Below are positions 44,829 through 57,111 of a DNA stretch of 64,000 bases, piece by piece; the stretch's first letter is position 1; every line of letters starts with the position of its first letter. The notes under the pieces were generated by a model. That model saw only the letters and a list, made by a program, of their open reading frames with translations, was not told the origin of the DNA and did no database searches. The translations under genes and the position numbers were made by a program. The stretch comes from Heteronotia binoei. Lineage: Eukaryota. The stretch spans positions 45,508,001-45,572,000 of the forward strand of contig NC_083241.1 of the NCBI RefSeq assembly GCF_032191835.1. The letters run 5' to 3'.

Positions 44829-47800
44829 ATGTCGGAGACCTCCAGCGACAGCGACTCCTCCTCCTCCTGCGGGTGGACCGTCCTCAACCACGAGGTACAG
44901 ACCCCCCCCCCGGCTGCTTTCCTGGGCCTGCGAGGGAGGCGGGAGAGGCCAGCACTGGTGTGCACAGCCCTGCCCTGCCCTCTGCATGCAGCCAGATGCT
45001 GCCCTGGTGCCATGCGCGGGGCTCCCTTCAGCCGCCCTGAGAGCTCTCATTTGTTGAGTGGCACCTCCGGCCTCTGGTGTTCATGGTTCCGGACAGGAAG
45101 TTGTCCCCGAGCGCAGACAGATGCAGAGATCCAGCAGGCAGCCTCGTCTGAGAGCAAGCAGTTGGCTGTTCCCACAGAAACATGAGCGGAGGGGAGGGCC
45201 TCTCTGTTTGGCGGGGAGAAGGTCCCAGGTTCAATCCCGGCATCTCCAGGTGAAGGATAAGGCAGTGGGGGGGGGACCTTTTTTGTCTGAGACCCTGGAG
45301 AGTCACAGCTAGTCTAAGCAGACGAGACCAGCCTCGATCAGCTGATGGTCTGATCCACTAGAAGGCAGCTTCAGGTATGTTCAGCAGTGTTCCATGGCCC
45401 CAGCACCCCCGGGGGGTTGGAAGAGAGCAAAGACGCAACCAGCAACCTCTTCTCCCCTCCCTGCTGGACAGGGCACTGTAAGCTTGCAGAGGGCTTTATT
45501 TGTTGCCAGATAGCCGCAGCTCTTAGCAGTGCACGGGCTGGGAGGGGCTGAGCTAGAGGCCACTGGCCCCAAAGGATTCAGCGTAGTGCTGCCCCTTCCC
45601 CCCCAGGGCTCTGATGTGGAGGCCTTGGCCTCTGGAAACGAAGGGCCAAGTGATGCTGTGGAGCTGGGCTCTGAAGAATCAGTGACGCTCGTGCCAGAAG
45701 AGCAGCAGCAAGAGGAGCTGGTGGCCTTGCAAGGTAAGAGCTGGGGAGGGTGGGACCAGCTGCCCTCCCCAACTCCCACGAGGGTATCCAGAGGCCCCTG
45801 GAGCCCGCTATGTGTCACGAGGTGGAAAGTGCTCTGCAGGATGGTTCAGGAGACCCTGGGCGTGTTAGTGCCCTCGGTAATCTCTGAAGGTATGAACTGG
45901 GAGTGGGGGGAGTATAAAGCTCTGCGGCCTGCTTGGAAGGCAAAGGAGTTTTCTGGGCTGAGGACTAGAATGAGCAGATTTCTGGAGGAGGGTCACTCTG
46001 TGTAGCTGTTGCTCCTGAGCTCAACACCCAAGAGTTTCTCCCAGCAGGAAGCAAGAGGAGGTTGTTGTCCAGACAGCCCTTCCACTCCTCTCTCGTAGGG
46101 GCAGGGGCCATCTTGCAAGGGGGCAGCGTCTTTTGTCCTCGCAGCCTCTGTGGTGTTACAAAATATTAATGACATCATAAAGCCAGTAAATGCAGAGGGC
46201 AGAAATGAGGCTGCTCTGCAGTAGAATACCTGGATTCCAGGCCAGCAGCACCTGAGGGACCAAAAAGATTTTGTACATCCCCCCTTCAATCTTCTTGGTC
46301 TTTAAGGGGTTCCTGGACTTGAATCCAGCTGCGTAACTGAGCCAGACTCACTCTGAGGTGCTGCAAATGAAATGTTGGTGGCTCTGAAACTGGCAGGCCT
46401 GCTGGGTGGGGAGAATATCTCAGAATGAAACTGGAAGTTTTTAAAGGCCCAAAAGCCGTCATGGAAAAAGTCAGTTTCTGTGACACTGCAGAGCTAATGG
46501 AAACGCTGGACGGAAGATCTGCTTCTATTCTTCTGCTTGACGTGAGTGTTGGCAGGCCGGTCAATTGGCTGGTTAAATATTGTCGCATAGAGATGGCAGA
46601 GGTCAAATCCTGCTCTCTGCTGCCCCCAGTGGCACTGCGGAGGTGGCTGCTTCCCTCGGGCAGAAAGGAGGGGCATTTGCCTGGCAGCAGAGTCCGCTGC
46701 AGCCTCAAGAAGACTCTTCCATTTGGTAAAAACTGGCTGCTCTTTGGAGGTTTTTTCCTGCTTCATTTTAGAACCTTTCCTGCCTGTAGGGGGCCCTGGG
46801 TTTTCCAAGGTGAAAGCATTTCAGTGAACATTCCCTGACTTTACTAAATCTTGCAGCGCTTTCATTTTTGAATCTGAGTTCTTCTGTCATCATCACGGTT
46901 CACTCTTTTGTTGTTACAATTGGCGTAAATGTCAGGTCTGTTGATGCCTGAAGTGCATGTCTTCGTTCTGCTTATGCGTTTTAACTCCCTGCCACCCTTA
47001 GACTGGTCAGTCGACTTAGTCAGATGGCCACCCCCAGTGTTGCCTGTCTTCTTTATTGCTGGAAAAAAATGTTAGAAATCGTGCACTTTTTTGCACAGTG
47101 GCTCTCTGTGTGTGACTCACCCACACACAGCACACAATGTAGATAAAATGGCATTAATTTTTTTATAATAATAATAATAATAATAGATTTTATTTATATC
47201 CCGCCCTCCCCGCCTAGGCGGCTCAGGGCAGCTAACAACATTTCACACGATTAACATAAATAGATAAAACTTTAAGTTTAACAATTAAAAAGGAAATTAA
47301 ACATAAAAACCAGTTAATTAAGTTAAAATACATAGTTCAAATTACATTAAATGTATCTGGCAGCAATAAAATTGTTTGGCGCTGGTTCTGCCAGTTTAGA
47401 TAGTTCCGTAATCGTATTATAGATGGCGGTTCTTTATTCCTAGCAACTCAGCAGTCGATATCAATATAGGCTTGTCTGAAAAGGGCGGTCTTGCAGGCCC
47501 TGCGGAACTGGTCAAGGTTCCGCAGGGCCCGCACTTCCTCCGGAAGCTGGTTCCACAGTGCAGGAGCCGCGGCTGAAAAGGCCCGTGTTCTGGTGTTTTG
47601 AAGTTTGACCTCTTTACTCTGTCCATGTTCAATTTTTGTCCTCATAGCTGAATCTGGCACAAATGCTGCTTCGCCAGTGGTAGATCCGAGTGGGCCCCCC
47701 TCCGAGCTCCTCCTGCCAGCTGCAGAGGTGAGTCACGTGACCTGTGGCCCTGCTGGTGCAGAGGTTCATGAGAAGAGAAAAGCAAAGCACTGCCTTTTGT

Positions 47801-50800
47801 AAAATGCGCAATCTCCTGGAGCCCTCTTCTGTGTCATGACGGCCCTTTTCCATTGCTCCTTAGGGTGAGAGAGAGAAATTGCTGGAGGAAGGTTCTTGCG
47901 TGGGGGCGGTTAGTGATGATTCCGATATTGTTACCCTGGAGACGCCTAAGATTGAAGAACTCGGAAGCCCAGAAGAAGCCTCCATGGGGGAGGAGGAGGA
48001 GGAGGAGGAAGTCCCCATCTCAGAAGATTTCCACATGGGCACATCTTCTAGCAGCCAGTACACGTTTTGTCGGCCTGAAGCAGGTATGGGAAGTGCTTGT
48101 GCATCTCTGGAAACCCGGGTTGGTCAGCGGAGGTGATGCAGCGGCTCATACCCTGCCTTCTGCGGAGACTTGAGGCAGCAACTCTGTGGCAGGGCCCCCC
48201 CCCCCTTGCCTGGCTGGGGAGGGGGTGGGGTGTCTGGGCAGCCTCGCCTTCGTGCTGCTGTGGCTTGGCTCTCAGGGTGGCTGGGATTGGCAGACAAAGG
48301 GATGCAAGGAGGAGAGGGAAGTCAGAGGGGGAGAGCCCAGGGTCCAAATGACAAATGCAAAGCCTGTTTCACAGCGGTGGGAGTGAAGGAGAAGTGAGAC
48401 ACTAACGCAGCTCATTTGGCCTTTGCTGCTTGTGGAAAGACATCTGGAAAGGCAGCTGGAGTGGACCCCTTTTACCTGGAGCCACATCCTGGTCTTGTGC
48501 ACTGATCAGGAACGGGGGCTGCGGTTCAGCCTGTACCAGACAGACCTCTGCTCTGCTGACTGTTCCAGTTCCCTTGCTGGGTCTATGAACTCATGAAGAG
48601 CCTTTCTTTACTAATCACAGCTCATTAAAAAAAACCCCGTGTTTCCAAAGGCATAATTCCCCAAGTCTTTCCTGTGTTTCCAGTCCCAACTGTGGCTGGG
48701 CTTCCCCAGCCTCCAGCTGCCCCTCCCTGGGCATTTCCTCTTCTTGGGCTTGCCCAGGTACTTCTTGCCTATGCAGAGGGGGGCGGATCTTCCTTGCAAC
48801 AGCACAGCTGGAAGCCAGGGAAGCAGGGGTTCCTTCCAGCCATCCCTTTCTTGGGATTTCTGACGGACAGAAAGGCAGCTGCTCCTCTCCTGGCAAGGAG
48901 AAGAGGGGCCCCCCAGGAACCCGAGGATCAGATGGAGCGAGGGCTGGGGGTGGAGCTGTGGCCAGTGCTTCCTGCCTCCCCCAGTCGTCCGAGTAATTCC
49001 ATGGGTGCAGCTGCACTTCCCGCACGGTCCGGCCTTAAGTCTCTTCTTTCTGTTCCGCACGCCCAAGCCATGTGGTTGCAGAAGCTGCTGAGGAAGATAC
49101 CCAAGTGTGTGCGAGGCTGGGGAGAGCCGCTGTGCGGGCGCAGGGCAGCCGGTGCCTTCCCCTTCCCAGGTGGTGCGTGCTGTCTGGAGTGGCTTGTGGC
49201 TGGCTGGCTGGGTGGCCTGTGGCTGCGCAGAGGCTGCTGGAGCTGGAGGGGGGAAGGAGGCGAGGGTAGGGCAAGGCAAGGCGAGGGGGAGGGAGTTCCC
49301 AAAAGCAAGTCAGCAGAGCTGGGGGAGCTCAACAGGTGCAGTGCTGGGCAAAACACCAAGCTGAGAGGCGTGCCACCAGAGCCCAGTGCAGTATTGGCAG
49401 GGAGATCAGTCTTGCTCACGAGTGGGAGTTGGAAGCTGCCCCGACTCTTGCTAAGACAACCCCGCAAAGTGCCTCCCCGCCCAGCAGCAGAGCAGCCTCG
49501 TGTGCCTTGGGCAGCCCCCTTCCTCCTCACAGGCCGGGATTCCCAAGGCTGCACAGTCAGGCGGCCAGCAGCAGAAACCCAAGGAGATTCAGGGCAGACC
49601 CCCCCCCCCATGCACCCAAAGGACCCTCCACACCCAGAGGGCCAGTCTGAGCAGCGGTTCAGAGAGGAGAGGCCACCCTGTGGAGGAGGCGGTGGGGGGG
49701 GGTGGCCTGAAGAGTGTGCCTGGCACAGGAGGTGGGATGAAGGGCCCTAAGATGGGCTCCCAGTGCCTGGGAGAAAGGGAGGTGCCAGTGCTTGACTGGT
49801 CCGTGCCCAAACGGGCATCTGGCTGGCAGTGCCCGCCTGGCGTCCTGCAAAGGGCCTGGTCTCCTTCCCCTCTGTGGCTTACAGAGTCCCTGGGCGGTGG
49901 GTGGGGGGGTCAACTGAGGAGGAGCCCCTCAGAGTGGGCAGGGCTCCTGAATGGGATGGACTCTTTTCCCCTCTGGAGAGGCTCTTATTGAAAGCCCGTG
50001 AGAAAGCAGGCCTGGGTGGGGAGGGGGGAGGCCGTCCCAGTGGGAGTTGGGAGCCCAGAGGCAGCCAGCCGTCTGTTCGTGGCTGTGCTGGGGGTAGGGG
50101 GGGAGGTCTTCATCGGGGTTTTAACCTTTGCGGAGGACCAGCATGCCTGTGGTGTCTTCTGCCATGTTAGATTGTTTGCCGTGGGGTCTGTGTTTGTGCC
50201 CCTGAAGGGCCTCCCTGCTTGTGGGGTGTGGCTGGCTTCCTTCTGGGCAGCTTGTGGGGTGTTCCTGCTCTTCCCTGGGGAGCCCGGTGGACTGGGGCTG
50301 TGTCCTGCCAGGTGTTTGGCTGCTGGAGCCCTGGGTGCAGCTGTGAGCATGGATGCCTCCTCCCCACACCTCTCCCTATGGAGGAGGGGCCTGAAGTGAT
50401 GCCCCTTGTGGCCTCCTGCTGAGGAGGAGCTGAGCAGAGCAGGGGGGCGCCAGTGAGCAGTCCGGCCGTGGGTTGGGCTCCCTCTGTCTTTCGGAAGGCA
50501 GAAGCCCCGTGGTTTGTTCAGTGGGCCCCGGCAGCCTTGAGAAGGGTTGGTCTCGTCCTGCAGCAGCATTTCCCCCTCCTGCCTGGATGGGTTTGGGGGC
50601 CGGGCAGCCCTTCTTCCCCCACTCACTCACGGCCAGGGCTTGTGCTTCCTCTCTCCAGTCTTCCCGCCTCACCCGAACGGCGAAGAGTCGAGCAGTGACG
50701 AAACCAGCAACGGCTCCAGCCCCACCCTGCGGCGCCGGCGGGCCAAGAAGAGGCTGGTCTCCAGTTCCGAGTCGGAAGATGTGCCGCCTCCCAAGCAGGA

Positions 50801-53800
50801 GGCCGAGGAACCGGAGGCCGAGCCCTCCCGCAAGCACCACTTTAGCAGCGGCCTGAACCGCTGCATCATCCTCGCCCTGGTCATTGCGGTCAGCATGGGC
50901 TTTGGCCATTTCTATGGTGAGCCCTGCGGTGGTCCTGCGGGGGTGGGAGGAGCCTGCCTTGAGAGCAGCGGGAGAGGTCTGCCTCCTGCCCAGAGAGGAG
51001 CCCTTGAGGCTCGGGGAGATGCACTGGCCCACCTGGATCCTTGGGAGGAGTGAGGGGAAGGAAGTGGGCAGGACCAGAAGGCCTTGGCCAGGCTGATGTA
51101 GGTTGGTGTTGAGGACTCTTCTCTGGGAGAAGCGGGTTGGATTCCCCACTCCTCCTCGTGCACCTGCTGGAATGGCCTTGGGTCAGCCAGAGCTCTCTTA
51201 TCTGGGAGAACCGGGTTGGATTCCCCACTCCTCCACTTGCAGCTGCTGGAATGGCCTTGGGCCAGCCAAAGCTCTCTTATCTGGGAGAACCGGGTTTGAT
51301 TCCCCACTCCTCCACTTGCAGCTGCTGGAATGGCCTTGGGTCAGCCATGGCTCTGGCAGAGTTGTCCTTGAAAAGGCAGCTGCTGTGAGAGCCCTCTCAG
51401 CCCCACCCACCCCACAGGGTGTCTGTTGTGGGGGAGGAAGGGAAAGGAGATTGTAAACCGCTCAGATTCAGAGTAGAGGGTGGGATATATATGAGAGAGC
51501 CAGTTTGGTGTAGTGGTTAAGTGTGCGGATTCTTATCTGGGAGAACCGGGTTTGATTCCTCACTCCTCCACTTGCAGCTGCTGGAGTGGCCTTGGGTCAG
51601 CCATAGCTCTCTTATCTGGGAGAACCGGGTTTGATTCCCCACTCCTCCACTTGCAGCTGCTGGAATGGCTTTGGGTCAGCCATAGCTCTCTTATCTGGGA
51701 GAACCGGGTTTGATTCCCCACTCCTCCACTTGCAGCTGCTGGAATGGCTTTGGGTCAGCCATAGCTCTCTTATCTGGGAGAACCGGGTTTGATTCCCCAC
51801 TCCTCCACTTGCAGCTGCTGGAGTGGCCTTGGGTCAGCCATAGCTCTCTTATCTGGGAGAACCGGGTTGGATTCCCCACTCCTCCACTTGCAGCTGCTGG
51901 AATGGCCTTGGGTCAGCCGTAGCTCTCTTATCTGGGAGAACCGGGTTTGATTCCCCACTCCTCCACTTGCAGCTGCTGGAATGGCCTTGGGTTAGCCAGA
52001 GCTCTTATCTGGGAAAACGGGGTTTGATTCCCCACTCCTCCACTTGCAGCTGCTGGAATGGCCTTGGGTCAGCCAGAGCTCTCTTATCTGGGAGAACCGG
52101 GTTTGATTCCCCACTCCTCCACTTGCAGCTGCTGGAATGGCCTTGGGTCCGCCAGAGCTCTCTTATCTGGGAGAACCGGGTTGGATTCCCCACTCCTCCA
52201 CTTGCAGCTGCTGGAATGGCCTTGGGTCAGCCAGAGCTCTCTTATCTGGGAGAACGGGGTGTGATTCCCCACTCCTCCACTTGCACCTGCTGGAATGGCC
52301 TTGGGTCAGCCAGAGCTCTCTTATCTGGGAGAACCGGGTTGGATTCCCCACTCCTCCACTTGCAGCTGCTGGAATGGCCTTGGGTCAGCCATAGCTCTCT
52401 TATCTGGGAGAACCGGGTTTGATTCCCCACTCCTCCACTTGCAGCTGCTGGAATGGCCTTGGGTCAGCCATAGCTCTGGCAGAGGTTGTCCTTGAAAGGG
52501 CAGCTGCTGTGAGAGCCCTCTCCAGGGTGTCTGTTGTGGAGGACGAAGATCAAGGAGGTTGTGAGCTGCTCTGAGACTCTGATTCAGAGAGAAGGGGGGG
52601 GGGTATAAAGCTGCAGTCGTCTTCTCCCTGCTTGGCCTTGCAGCCCCGCCCCCATTTCTCCAGCTAGCCTGACCTCCAGAGACAGCTCAAAAGAAATGTG
52701 CCCCCCCCCCCAGCCGTGGATTGCGAAGGTGGCCCTTTAGGCCTGTCACCCGCACTGTCCAGGCCTCGGTTGGGTGCCTCCCCTGCCCATCTCACTCAGC
52801 GGCTGTTTGCAGGGCGCTCACTGGTCGGGGGGTGGGGAGGGGAGCTGCTTGGGCCCGGCCTCACAGTGCTGAGCCCCACCATATCCCCAACCCCTTTGGT
52901 TGCTGGGGGAGGCATCACCTCTGCTGAGGGGCCCCCTCCACCTTGCCTGAGCAGCTTCCGTGTCCCGGGGCGGACAGCAGCACTTGGAGGAGATGGAGGT
53001 TTCCCGGCTCTCTCTGGCTCAGGGCTGCACAACGTCTCACCTGTGTCCCTTACTCTGTTTTCAGGGCTTCTTGATGGTAAGGGGCTCCCCCTGTGTCGGT
53101 GTGCCTGGCTGCCCTTGCATGCCTCTTTCCCCTCGCCCTCCTACTCCGCCACAGGCTGGGTCACAGTGGGGGGGGGGTATCACGCAGCAGCCGTGCTGGC
53201 CTGGCCCTGATGCGGGTGGAGGCTGTCTGCAATGCCTGAAAACCTGCTTTCCAGCCTCTTCCAGGAGGCCAACTTGTCCTTTGTGCTTGTGTGCCAGATA
53301 TGAGCGGCGTTTTGCAAGTTCCCTTTTGTCCCACGGGTGTCAGGATGTGTGCAATCACACGGTGCACACAACTGGCTTCTTGCTAATCGGACTGGTTTGA
53401 CTGATTCGCTCAGCCTTGCATTAAAAGAAATGTGTGTGACGTTTCCCAAGGGGGGTGTCTTGCCCGTGCTGATGCTGCTATTGGAGTGCTGTGACTTGGC
53501 TGTCTTCCAGAATGCATGAGGCACGAGGGGGGTGTAAATGAATGGGGCCCTTGGGGTGTGTTTAGAAGCCCAATCATGGTCCTGGTTGCTTGGCTGCAGC
53601 CTGCAGAGCTCTCTCCAGGACAAAACCCAGTGTGTGTGTGGGGGGGGGGGGGGGGCGGGTCCCCCTGTGCTGACCTCCGGGAAACAGCCCCACTTTCCCT
53701 GCTGACAGAGCTGCCTTCTTTCCCACTTGCCTTAGCAGATAAAAGAGAGACTTTTCTCTTTCAAGGTACGATTCAGATCCAAGAGCGGCAGCTGATGGTG

Positions 53801-56440
53801 GAGAAGACGCACGAGGATGAGCTGCAGGACATGAAGGAGCACCTGCTGCAGTGCCAGGAGCTGGGAGGCGACTGTCAGGTGAGGCCCTCCTGCCCCAGCA
53901 TGGCTGGCAGAAGGCTTCAAGGCCAAGTGGGTGGCGTTCAGGGCTTGCAGGTCAGCGGAGTCCAGCACAGGAAGCGGGCCAGCCTTCTGTGGGCCCAGAG
54001 CAGGCCATGTCTTGGCTTAAGGGATGTGGGGCAGTGCCTTGATGAGTTGGAGGTTCCCCCCACTGCCCTGAGAAGGCCTCCGGTGCTCTTTGAGTGTGTC
54101 TGTAGGTTGAACAGTCCTCCTCCGCTGTGTTTGTGTCTCAAATCCGTTTTCTGTCTCTGCCCAGTCACTGAAGGAAGGTCTGGCGACCTGCTTGCTTTCC
54201 ACGGAGCTGGAGAAGAAGTCCTTTGAGTCGCAGAGGTGGAGCCTGGCCTGGGAAAACAGGCACCTGCGAGAAGCGCTGGAGAGGGAAGAGCAGGCGTTGG
54301 CTGTGCTGCAGGAGGAGCTGCGGAAGCTGAGAGAGCAAATCAGGCACCTGGAGAACCTGAAAGGCTCCGGCCCTGATCTGGCAGTGACAGAGAACCGGAA
54401 GCTGAAGGCCCACCTGGAGGAGGAGAAGCACCGGCGGCAGAGCTTCGTGCAGCAGAAGAAAGCCCTCTTCACCGAGGCCCAGATGCTGCGGCGGGAGCTG
54501 GACAAGGAGCGGCAGCTGACCGTCACCCTCCGGGAAGAGCTGGACAAGCTGAGCTCGCAGCAGGCCCCCCCGGCCGCAGGGCATCTGCCAGAAGAGGAGA
54601 GCCCCGAGATAGAAGACTTGCGAGGGAGGCTGGAGGAGCTGGAGAGGAAGCTGAGCTTTGAGCAGCAGCGCTCCGACTTGTGGGAAAAGCTCTACGTGGA
54701 AGTCAAGGGCCACCAGGCCGACAAACAAGAGCGAGCGGAAAGGCCACCGAAGGCAGGCAGGAAGGGAGCCGGCAAAGCCAAAAAGAAGGGCAAAGCGAGC
54801 TTCTTTGGGTCAGTGAAGGAGACTTTTGATGCCATGAAGAATTCCACCAAGGAATTTGTAAGACACCATAAAGAAAAAATTAAGCAGGCCAAAGAAGCCG
54901 TCAAGGAGAACTTGAGAAAATTCTCTGATTCAGTCAAGTCCACTTTCAGGCACTTCAAGGACACCACAAAGAACATCTTTGAGGAAGGGGAGAAGAGGCG
55001 GCCTGGTGAACAAAGGGAAGAGGCCCCCCGGAAAGCGAGAGCGGGCCCCCACAAGCCCATGCCCTACAGGGCCCCTGGCAGCCAGAGGGAGTCCCGAGAG
55101 GGGCGGGGGGCCAAGGAGAGTTGCCCCCCTCGGGGACCGCGAGCGCCTGAGCGGGGCAGCAGCAGCAGGAGGCAGGCCGTCCTCAAGGGCTGTTCGGGCA
55201 TTTTTGACTGTGCTCACCAGGAGTTTTTGAGCCTGTTCAACAGAGTCCTGGATCCCATCCGTGCAGATGAATTTAATCAGTTAATGCACAAATATTTGCA
55301 GCAAGAGGTGGACAACTTCCATCACTGGAGAGAACTGGACAGCTTCATCAGTCAGTTTTTCCAGAACGGCGTCTTCATCCATGACCAGATGCTCTTCACG
55401 GATTTTGTCAGCGACGTCAAGGATTATCTTGAAGCCATGAAGGAGTACCAGCGGGACAGGGAGGAGGGGGTCTTTGAGGACATGGACAGTTACATCTACA
55501 CCTACTACTTCCGCTATGAGCCCTCCCCTCAGCAGGGGCCCAGGTGGGTATGAGGGATGGGAGGGTGTAGGCCTCTCTCTGCAGAGCAGGTCCCACCCCG
55601 TCCTGCAGGCTGCCTCCGCCCCAGGAGGGAGGGAAGGCTTTTTGGGTTGCCCTTTGTCCGCTGCTCTCTAAGAGGAGGGGTGCAGATCTGGGCAGGGGAG
55701 GCCGGAGGGTGCCGACCAGAGAGCTACAGAGTGGCCTTTCCCACCCTGGCTGTGTTGTTGGGCAGTCCTCGAGCTGCAGGTTTCCCTCCTTTAGGGCTAC
55801 AGCAGGAGGGACAGTGCTGGTGTACAGGACACTCTTCACTGTAAAGAAGATGATATTGAATTTATATTCCCTCCCTCCACTCTGAATCAGAGACTCAGGG
55901 CAGCTCACAATGTCCTTTATCTTCTTCCCCCACAACAGACACCCTGTGAGGTGGGTGAGGCTGAGAGAGCTCTGACAGAAGTTGTCCTTTCAAGGACAAC
56001 TCCTGCCAGAGCTCTGGCTGACCCAAGGCCATTCCAGCAGCTGCAAGTGGAGGAGTGGGGAATCAAGCCTGCTTCTCCCAGATAAGAGTCCGCGCAATTC
56101 AGTGCACCAAGCTGGCTCTGAAGGGAGCTTACAGAAAGGGACAGGCGACTTCACGGGCCAGGGGGGGCTTTCCCGTCCCGATTAGCTTGCCCTCCCTGGG
56201 CTGTGAGGTGTGGGTGGGTACCAAGGAACAGCCTTAACTACCCTGCTCACCTTCCCTTCCAGCCAGCCTCCGAGAAGGGCTTCTTTCAGCCAGCAGGAGG
56301 AAAGACCTTCCTCGAAGTACCAGCAGCGCCACAAAAAAGAGAGAGAAGGCAAGTGGCACAAACCGGGGCGCGCCAATGGCCGGCACGTGGCGAACGTGGA
56401 GATTGAGTGGGGCCACCTGCCCTTGGATCCGAAATACTGA
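44829..56440 (+). CDS. CCPG1: Cell cycle progression 1, ER-phagy receptor (about 806 aa; [22 protein letters not shown] helix, lumenal coiled coil)
   Basis: Exons 44829-44894, 45607-45733, 47648-47727, 47864-48083, 50659-50916, 53766-53878, 54165-55543, 56263-56440; total 2421 nt. Motifs [56 protein letters not shown] probable non-coding exon ends at 44721 (intron 44722-44818). The 47648-47727 exon is the least similar but fits phase. Confidence 0.96.
45190..45383 (+). mobile_element. tRNA-derived SINE (Squam2-like)
   Basis: gaaggtcccaggttcaatcccggcatctccagg..gagaccctggagag..aaggcagcttca. Confidence 0.75.
47165..47612 (-). mobile_element. L2-clade LINE 3' end
   Basis: Minus-strand peptide [29 protein letters not shown] is the typical L2 ORF2 C-terminus; (ATT)n tail at 47165-47184. 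Confidence 0.88.
51090..51490 (+). mobile_element. Squam3-like SINE with 3 copies of the 79-bp head module
   Basis: Units near 51117, 51197 and 51276, followed by the SINE body. Confidence 0.85.
51493..52625 (+). repeat. SINE-derived minisatellite: 12 x ~79-bp head module inside one Squam3-like SINE
   Basis: Unit ctcttatctgggagaaccgggtttgattccccactcctccacttgcagctgctggaatggccttgggtcagccatagct from about 51532 to 52477; 79-bp periodicity is also visible in the ORF track. Confidence 0.95.
55844..56119 (-). mobile_element. Squam3-like SINE
   Basis: Reverse complement of the family at 42356. Confidence 0.88.
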
Positions 56441-57111
56441 CGCTGTGGCTGTGTGGCCAAACACAGCCTGCCCAGGACAGAGGGGGCGGGTGCCCCGTTT
56501 GGCCTCCCCCATGACTCTCTTCTCCCCACGGACCAGCGGGGCTTCTCCGTCTCTCTCTCTCTTCCTCTCCGTGCCCTGGCCTCGCCGCCTTGGGAAATCT
56601 GAAATTGGTTGCATTTCTACTATTGCAATAAACAAGGGTACGCAGGAGCTCATGTGTGGGGGTGTGTGGAAAATGAGCTTCCTTGCGGATGCGAGAATAC
56701 AGCCTGGCTTCAGGCCTGACGTCCAAGGAATGGGGGGGGGGGGATGTGTGTGAAATTCATCTCATTTCTGTTCAGAATCAGCTCAGTCTCGTAATTGTGT
56801 CTTTGTTTCTGTGTTACTGGGGCGGGATCTCTTTGCCTTTGGGGTGTGTGTGTGCTGCTGTGCTTTCTGATCAGCCTCCTAACTTGCATTTGAAATTTCC
56901 TGCACATTTGCAAACAGTAGAAGGAAACAATAAAAGACGTGGTTGGCGAAGAGACGACGGGATTTTTAAATTTTATTTTAAAAAACTGATATCAAAAGCA
57001 GCCCAACCATCTTCTGGGAAACTTTCTGTAGAAGAGCCCACCTGGTGCAAAGGGAGGGGGGCAGCTTTTCCGGAGCTGGTAAGAGGTCCTGTCCCAAGAG
57101 AGCTGGGGCCG

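Noticed and set aside
46425-46838. 137-aa ORF in CCPG1 intron 3 with ordinary composition
   Set aside because: No homology recognised and no convincing splice sites in phase with the flanking exons.
46960-47060. Strong-looking acceptor (ttttaactccctgccacccttag) in a CCPG1 intron
   Set aside because: No matching donor found and the frame closes at a stop; it cannot be supported as an exon without RNA data.
51493-52480. Regular 79-bp array resembling a CRISPR array, with repeated 62-aa ORFs
   Set aside because: Whole units are near-identical with no unique spacers, derive from a SINE, and sit in a vertebrate intron.
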